DNA of 64,000 nucleotides, taken from the NCBI GenBank assembly GCA_964592525.1, contig CAZQFB010000001.1, positions 147,454 through 211,453 on the forward strand. The letters are read 5' to 3'. The stretch is from an uncultured Candidatus Saccharibacteria bacterium. GTDB lineage: Bacteria > Patescibacteriota > WWE3 > CAZQFB01. The notes under the pieces were generated by a model. That model was not told the origin of the DNA and searched no databases. It saw only the letters and a program-made list of their open reading frames with translations. Positions 58,414-64,000 of the stretch are shown one piece after another; the stretch's first letter is position 1; every line of letters starts with the position of its first letter. Both the position numbers and the translations under genes were made by a program.

Positions 58414-59366
58414 GATGAATATTTATAGATAATATTATCTTTATACCAAGATACGGTTTCCTTGATTCCCGCGCTCAATTTATACTTTGGTTGGAAATTA
58501 AGCTCTTTTTTTGCTCTGCTGATATCTAATATTCTTATATCCTGACCACCTTTATTTTGTTTTTCATAAACCACTTTTCCTGTGTACGCCGTTTCTTGGA
58601 CGATGATTTCAACTAATTTTTTGATGCTAGTCCTTTCTCCTGAGGCTAAATTAAAAAGATTTGAGTTTGTTTCGGTTTCTGCTGCTAACGTTATGCCCTT
58701 AATTAAGTCTGCGATGTATATAAAATCTCTTATTTCTTTTCCGTCTCCCCACACTTTTAGCTCATTATGGTGGAAGCATTTTGATATTAATGAGGGGATT
58801 ACATGAGCATTTTCTAATGCGAAGTTATCTCGTGGACCGTAAGTATTATTGCATATTAGTGTGGTTATGTTCATTTTATACTGCATGCGGTAACATTCGG
58901 CTATCACCACTAAAGATCTTTTTGCCCAGCCCAAGCCTAAATGACTCTTGTCTATCTCCCCATCAAATAGACTACTTTCTTTGTAGGGTGGTTGGATGGA
59001 ACTAGAGAAAGCTGGGGAGCAACTTATGAGTATAATTTTGGACACATTGTTAATTCTTGAGCTCTCAACGATATTCAAATCCATTATTGAGCAATTGTAT
59101 AACTGTTGGGCTGGGTGCTCTCGACTATAGCCTAATCCGCCAATGTCACCAGCAAAGTGTATTACTAGATCCACGTTTTTCGTTACTTGCAGGCAATCTT
59201 CAAGTCGCATTAGATTTATTTTATCTTTGTCTGGGGCTAAGAGATTCTTTTGCAGTACTTTTTTGTTATTGATTAGATGACTGACAAAATTTGAGCCGAT
59301 AAAACCGGAGCCACCGGTGATTAATATTTTCTTTCTTTGCCAATAATTGTTTTTTTTCATTTCCAA
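58410..59366 (-). CDS. NAD-dependent epimerase/reductase, GDP-L-fucose synthase (Fcl)-like
   Basis: ILITGGSGFIGSNF Rossmann; YGPRDNF, HVIPSLISK, KVWGDGKEIRDFIYIADL resemble Fcl/GMER motifs. Confidence 0.55.
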   Translation of the reverse strand: MEMKKNNYWQRKKILITGGSGFIGSNFVSHLINNKKVLQKNLLAPDKDKINLMRLEDCLQVTKNVDLVIHFAGDIGGLGYSREHPAQQLYNCSIMDLNIVESSRINNVSKIILISCSPAFSSSIQPPYKESSLFDGEIDKSHLGLGWAKRSLVVIAECYRMQYKMNITTLICNNTYGPRDNFALENAHVIPSLISKCFHHNELKVWGDGKEIRDFIYIADLIKGITLAAETETNSNLFNLASGERTSIKKLVEIIVQETAYTGKVVYEKQNKGGQDIRILDISRAKKELNFQPKYKLSAGIKETVSWYKDNIIYKYSS

Positions 59367-60451
59367 TCAACCCTGTCTATCCAGGCTTCTCTGTTATCGG
59401 CATACCACTTAATTGTATGAGATATACCCTCATTCCACGAGTAACTTGGTTCCCATCCTGTTAGCCTATTTAGTTTTGAGAAATCTACTCTTAGTTCTTC
59501 AACTTCACTTTTACCAAGCCTTCCTCTCCAGCTTCCTGCATTACTTATTACTTTTTTATCTTGCCAATATCCAAGCTGTTTTCCGATGTTAAGTATCAGT
59601 TTCAACCATTTTTTCATAGATATAGTTTCACCGAAGCCAAAGCAGTAGACATTACCAGGTTTTCCGAAGAGGGCGACATGGATATGACCTAAAGCTCCGT
59701 CTTTTACAAAAGTGAAATCTCTTTTTGCACCTAAATATCCTAAAGAAATATGGTTTCTCTCTAGAGCTTGGGTAATAATGGTTCCAGTAATATATCTAGG
59801 ATTTTGTCTGGGACCATAGTTGTTAAATTTTCGAGCAACGACTGTGGGTAAATTATAGGCTCTATGATAATTCCGGAAAAGAAAGTCGCCAGTTAACTTT
59901 GAGGTAGCATAAATACTTTGTGGGTTTAATGGCGAGCGCTCGTCAAGTATTAAACCCCCATGATCGTCAAATCGGTATAGGTCTTTTAAATTTTCATCTA
60001 CATTCCCATATTCTTCAGAGCTTCCTGCATAACTAATTTTATAAGGATTAAGCTTTGTGTCTATTATTGTCTGCAGAAGATTGTGCGTTCCCAGATAGTT
60101 GGAATTGAACGTTTCAAAAGCTCTCTTCCAAGATTCTCCCACATGTGCTTGAGCAGCCAGATGAAATATTATAGGTCTCGGTTTTTGTTTAGAGCTTTTC
60201 TTTATTTCCATCAAACATTGCCGTAAAGATTCTTTATCTATTAGATCTGCTTTGTGAATGGTAATTTTTTTTCTTAGATGAGCTAGGTTTGATGTTGTTC
60301 CTGAAGAAACAGGTCTTAATATTACATGAACTTCAGCGCCATAATTTAAAAGCTCTTCTGTTAAGTGAGATCCTACGAAGCCACCAGCTCCGGTAACAAT
60401 TACTGGTCGCCCGGATAATACTTTTTTAATCCTCTCATTAGTATTTTTCAT
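59357..60451 (-). CDS. NDP-sugar 4,6-dehydratase (GDP-mannose 4,6-dehydratase-like)
   Basis: VIVTGAGGFVGSHL; YATSKL (YxxxK); FNNYGPRQ; extended short-chain dehydratase architecture. Confidence 0.55.
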   Translation of the reverse strand: MKNTNERIKKVLSGRPVIVTGAGGFVGSHLTEELLNYGAEVHVILRPVSSGTTSNLAHLRKKITIHKADLIDKESLRQCLMEIKKSSKQKPRPIIFHLAAQAHVGESWKRAFETFNSNYLGTHNLLQTIIDTKLNPYKISYAGSSEEYGNVDENLKDLYRFDDHGGLILDERSPLNPQSIYATSKLTGDFLFRNYHRAYNLPTVVARKFNNYGPRQNPRYITGTIITQALERNHISLGYLGAKRDFTFVKDGALGHIHVALFGKPGNVYCFGFGETISMKKWLKLILNIGKQLGYWQDKKVISNAGSWRGRLGKSEVEELRVDFSKLNRLTGWEPSYSWNEGISHTIKWYADNREAWIDRVDWK

Positions 60452-61542
60452 TTTTTATTACCTCCGTTACGAAGAAAATATTTAATTTCTCGACAGATTC
60501 TATTAATATCCGAGTTGGTGAGAAAAGAAGATGATGGCAACCAGAGACCATGCTTAGATGCCCAGGTAGCATTGGTAAATGTTTCGTGTGATTGATGAAC
60601 TTTTAAAGTATGAAGCGGAGGATATAGCTCAAGGGTTCCTATACCCACGCTATTTAAATAATTTTTCAAGTCTTGCGGTTTTTTTACATATATATCTGCA
60701 AACCAAGGTGTAGTCTGATTCAGATCTGTTTCCAGCATTTCCAGACCTGTTAGTCCAGTCAAATTATTTTCGTAAATTTGATAGATTTCTTTTTTTCTAT
60801 CAATTCTAGCAGGTAGTTTCTTAAGTTGTGCAAGACCTATGGCAGCTTGCAGATCAGTGAATTTAAAGTTCCAACCAATTTGGTTATGATCTTTTGAGGT
60901 TCTATTTTTTCGCCCAAAATCTTTGAGTCTATAGAGCTTATTTTTGAGTTGTATGCTGTTTGTTACTACCATCCCGCCCTGACCGGTAGTGATAATTTTT
61001 GGTGTGGAGAATGAAAAGCTACCGCAATCACCAAAGGTACCAAGATGTTTGTTCTTATGGTACGAGCCAAGCGCTTGAGCTGCATCTTCAACTATTTTTA
61101 ACTTGTGTTTCTTCGCTAAATCAAGAAGCTCTTTCATTTCTGGTGCTCGAGCATTCATAGCTACTGGGATAATTGCCTTTGTTTTGTAGGTTATCTTTTT
61201 TTCAACGAGCTTGGCATCAATTGTCAAATCTTCTCTTCTAACATCAGTTAGAACAGGTACTGCTCCCGCTAGAAGGACGGCATTTGCAGTAGCCACCATT
61301 GTCATATCGGGTACTATTACCTCATCATTAGGTTTTATTCCCAGGGCTAGTAATGAAAGTGTCAGGCTGATAGTACCATTGTTGACTGCAATCGCATGGG
61401 AGGCTCCTACAAATTCGGCAACGCGTTTTTCAAATTCCTCTGTTCTTTTTGCTTCAGTAATCCAACCTGATCTTAGACAGGCTAGTATCTCTTTCTCCTC
61501 CTCTTTGTCTGTTCTTGGTTCCATTTGATTTATTCTTTTCAC
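60448..61542 (-). CDS. DegT/DnrJ/EryC1/StrS-family PLP-dependent sugar aminotransferase
   Basis: typical length and motifs (SFSTPKIITTGQGGMVVTN with PLP lysine region). Confidence 0.8.
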   Translation of the reverse strand: MKRINQMEPRTDKEEEKEILACLRSGWITEAKRTEEFEKRVAEFVGASHAIAVNNGTISLTLSLLALGIKPNDEVIVPDMTMVATANAVLLAGAVPVLTDVRREDLTIDAKLVEKKITYKTKAIIPVAMNARAPEMKELLDLAKKHKLKIVEDAAQALGSYHKNKHLGTFGDCGSFSFSTPKIITTGQGGMVVTNSIQLKNKLYRLKDFGRKNRTSKDHNQIGWNFKFTDLQAAIGLAQLKKLPARIDRKKEIYQIYENNLTGLTGLEMLETDLNQTTPWFADIYVKKPQDLKNYLNSVGIGTLELYPPLHTLKVHQSHETFTNATWASKHGLWLPSSSFLTNSDINRICREIKYFLRNGGNKK

Positions 61543-62531
61543 GACAGAGCTTTCTCCTCATACCATGAGTCATATTTTTTATCCCTGGGGTTAGTGAACA
61601 TCCCTTTTTCTATCGCTTCTTTTACCTCAACAAAGCCTTCCTCCACAGATTTATGGGGTTTAAACCCGAGATCTCTTCTTATTTTTTTGGTAGATACTCT
61701 GTAGGAGCGGGGATCTTTTTTTGTCTCTATTACTTCTATCTCAACTTCTGGCATATGTTTCTTGACCAATTCCATTAACTGCTGTTTCTGCATATTTTCC
61801 GAACTTGCGTTGTATATCTGTCCGCCGATCAGCTCTTTTGGAGCTTCTAAGCAACTCAAGTAAATATGAGCGGCGTCTCTTATATGCGTGAAAGCTCTCC
61901 AGGAGCTGGGGGAGTAAATTGTGATTTTTTTATCCAATACAGCCTCTCTTGCCAAATCATTTATTATTAAGTTGAATCTAAACTTAGGGGATAATCCAAA
62001 TACCATTGCGAAGCGCAGGATACATGGATGTATTGGGGTAAATTTGTCTGAAAGGAGAAGATCTTCAGCTTTCTTTTTAGTGATAGTATAAAGCGTAGTT
62101 AAATCTAGAGGCGCTTCCTCGTCTACTTCAATATTATTCTCTACTGCTCCGTAGTTACTACAAGTTGAGGCAAAGATAAATTTTTCTAAGCCATTTTTTA
62201 ATGCGGCATGGGCTAGGGCATTTGTTATCCCGTAATTTATCTGCTCTGTTACAACCGGATTATACTGGCAGGCTTCTTCTCCCACTAAAGCAGCCAAGTG
62301 TATCACTGAATCTGTATCTTTTATTACTTGGTCAAGGAAGCGCTTGTCTCTCAAATCACCTTTCATTAATTCAAAGTTGGGGTGTCCCACATTACCTATA
62401 AGACCCTCACCTCCGAACATCAAAAAATCTGCTACTCTAACTAAATAGCCTTTATCTAAGAGCATTGGAATTAGGGTTGAGCCAACGTAACCAGCCCCGC
62501 CAGTAATTAATATTTTTTTTCCCGTAGGCAT
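61539..62531 (-). CDS. NAD-dependent epimerase/dehydratase (UDP-hexose 4-epimerase-like)
   Basis: KKILITGGAGYVGS; YTITKK (YxxxK). Confidence 0.75.
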   Translation of the reverse strand: MPTGKKILITGGAGYVGSTLIPMLLDKGYLVRVADFLMFGGEGLIGNVGHPNFELMKGDLRDKRFLDQVIKDTDSVIHLAALVGEEACQYNPVVTEQINYGITNALAHAALKNGLEKFIFASTCSNYGAVENNIEVDEEAPLDLTTLYTITKKKAEDLLLSDKFTPIHPCILRFAMVFGLSPKFRFNLIINDLAREAVLDKKITIYSPSSWRAFTHIRDAAHIYLSCLEAPKELIGGQIYNASSENMQKQQLMELVKKHMPEVEIEVIETKKDPRSYRVSTKKIRRDLGFKPHKSVEEGFVEVKEAIEKGMFTNPRDKKYDSWYEEKALS

Positions 62532-62533
62532 TA

Positions 62534-63352
62534 TTACAATATCTTCCTAACTTTAGTAAATAACCAGAGTTTTCTTTTTGCAGATATTATTGGAAATGAA
62601 ACCATAAGCTGTAAAAGGTTTGTATAAAGTTTATCCACCATAGTGGCTTTATAAGACTGATAGTACATTCTTCTAGCTTTGATGGTTTGAGATTCCATTT
62701 CTTTAATTTGCTTAGATGTCATTGAATTGTCCAAAATCCTATACTTTATGAGTTTGTCTGGCAAGTTAGCAAATTTAGCATGTTTTCCTATTCTAAAATA
62801 TAACTCATAATCTTCTGCGGGGTTAAAATCGGGGTTGTATAATCCAGACTTACGTAAAACGCTCCGCCTAATAATGATGGCTGGATGACAGAAAGGGCTA
62901 TACCGAAAGATTTTACTTCTAATTTTCTTATCAGTAAGGTGATATTCTCTCTTGCCTATAGTGCGGCCAGAAGAGTTTATGATTACCATTGTCCCGCCTG
63001 AAATACCGACATCATCTTTTGTTTCCATCAATTTAACTTGTTTTTCTATTCTGGTCGGGTAAGAAATATCATCAGCATCAAAGCGAATAATATACTTGCC
63101 TTGAGCGATGTTTAAGCCTTTATTTAAAGTTCGGCTTAATTTAAGGTTTTCCTTGTTAAATATTAATTTAATTCTTGAATCTCTTTGTTTGTACTCTTTA
63201 ATTATTTTGGATGTATTATCGGTTGATTTATCATCAATTATGATGAATTCAAAGTTGCTGTATGATTGTTTTAAAATACTTTCAATTGCTTCGCTGATGT
63301 ATTTTTCAACATTGTAAGCAGGGGTTAATACTGTTACTAAAGGTTTTGTCAT
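62534..63352 (-). CDS. GT2 family glycosyltransferase
   Basis: LVTVLTPAYNVEKYISEAIESILKQSY, IIDDKSTDNT, FDADDIS. Confidence 0.75.
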   Translation of the reverse strand: MTKPLVTVLTPAYNVEKYISEAIESILKQSYSNFEFIIIDDKSTDNTSKIIKEYKQRDSRIKLIFNKENLKLSRTLNKGLNIAQGKYIIRFDADDISYPTRIEKQVKLMETKDDVGISGGTMVIINSSGRTIGKREYHLTDKKIRSKIFRYSPFCHPAIIIRRSVLRKSGLYNPDFNPAEDYELYFRIGKHAKFANLPDKLIKYRILDNSMTSKQIKEMESQTIKARRMYYQSYKATMVDKLYTNLLQLMVSFPIISAKRKLWLFTKVRKIL

Positions 63353-63353
63353 C

Positions 63354-63962
63354 TTATTGGCGCCAAGCGGATCTTGGCAGTTCTTTTGTTGATAAGAGAC
63401 CTTTTAAAGTGCCTAGTGAGTATTCCCAGAGAGTAATGAGGCAAGCTAGGGGGTGAAAACACCAGGCTTTATCTTTAATCTTCCCATATCCTCTAGCGCT
63501 ATCTAATAAGGGGGGGATTAATAAAGCGCTATAAATTGTAAACTTGATAATGGCTACCTTGCCTCTTTTATCACTGGACCATGAGATATTTCTATGATTC
63601 TGGCTTTGGTGATAAAGATAATCCGAGACTCTTCTTTTTTGTTTTCGTTTAAATTTGATAATACTAGCTTCGCAGAAGGTGTGGATAATGCCAATCTTTA
63701 CCTTAGCTATTTTGAGGTAGTTTCTTTTTCGGACCTCGCTTGCGATGATGTCTATGTCAAAAAGATACTCCTGGTTAATAAGGGAGTTTTTTAAAAAAGG
63801 TGTTTTAAAGATAGTGCCATTGGCGCCAATGGTTGGGACAGGTTTATGGTTAGCAAGGGTTACTTTCAGCCACTCACCTTTATCCTCTTCTTCAAGAGTT
63901 ATACCAGTCCATTTTCCAGTTAGATGGTTAAGGCGGTCATAATTGCCAAAAAATAGTACCAT
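63354..63962 (-). CDS. hypothetical protein, possibly C-terminal part of a glycosyltransferase; true start may lie beyond window end
   Basis: 202 aa ORF ending at 63354; contains PTIGANGTIFK-like segment; window ends 38 nt upstream of listed start. Confidence 0.35.
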   Translation of the reverse strand: MVLFFGNYDRLNHLTGKWTGITLEEEDKGEWLKVTLANHKPVPTIGANGTIFKTPFLKNSLINQEYLFDIDIIASEVRKRNYLKIAKVKIGIIHTFCEASIIKFKRKQKRRVSDYLYHQSQNHRNISWSSDKRGKVAIIKFTIYSALLIPPLLDSARGYGKIKDKAWCFHPLACLITLWEYSLGTLKGLLSTKELPRSAWRQ

Positions 63963-64000
63963 GGGATCATTGACACCAATTAACGCGGAATACCTCTCAA

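Noticed and set aside
1-64000. CRISPR arrays
   Set aside because: No regularly spaced short direct repeats with unique spacers; the only tandem repeat is coding (132-bp period) and the hairpin family is irregularly spaced

Overview
This ~64 kb window is from a low-GC (about 40-45%) bacterial chromosome. Its gene content suggests a CPR-like or Gram-positive-like organism: many small secreted proteins, YfhO-type GT-C enzymes and dolichyl-phosphate-sugar-synthase-like GT2s. It has four parts. (1) 1-20 kb is accessory-like and almost all on the minus strand. It holds the 3' end of an Ig-like surface protein, a leaderless dinJ/yafQ-type toxin-antitoxin pair and a GC-rich orphan ORF flanked by two ~400 bp direct repeats with four copies of a palindromic hairpin. 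It also holds YggU, rmuC, an Excalibur-domain membrane protein, an EamA transporter, a cupredoxin, a Ser/Thr/Pro-rich surface protein with 3 x 132 bp tandem repeats, NYN and VanW proteins, an L,D-transpeptidase, an S1 protease, and tRNA-His and tRNA-Glu flanking an unknown ORF. (2) 20-28.7 kb is housekeeping: alpha/beta hydrolase, CsaA-like tRNA-binding protein, a coupled sodA-COG4315-VIT operon, htrA and mutS-mutL. (3) 28.8-31.7 kb is the main find, a complete diversity-generating retroelement (DGR). It has a GC-rich target gene whose last ~127 nt form the variable repeat (VR), a template repeat (TR) 592 bp downstream differing from VR at 18 positions that are all adenine in TR, a terminator right after TR, an Avd accessory gene on the opposite strand, and a reverse transcriptase with all seven RT motifs including the DGR-type SQ motif. 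(4) 31.8-64 kb is a ~30 kb cell-surface glycoconjugate locus. It encodes a CAP-domain protein, several Dpm1/GtrB/CsbB-like GT2s (one fused to GtrA), a Wzx-like flippase, two YfhO-family GT-C proteins and two other large polytopic membrane proteins. It also encodes three GT4s, five SAM methyltransferases (two with N-terminal zinc ribbons), GmhA and HddA for heptose, a Gmd/Fcl/DegT-aminotransferase/hexapeptide-acetyltransferase set, and an epimerase. No CRISPR array, rRNA or clear IS/transposase was seen.
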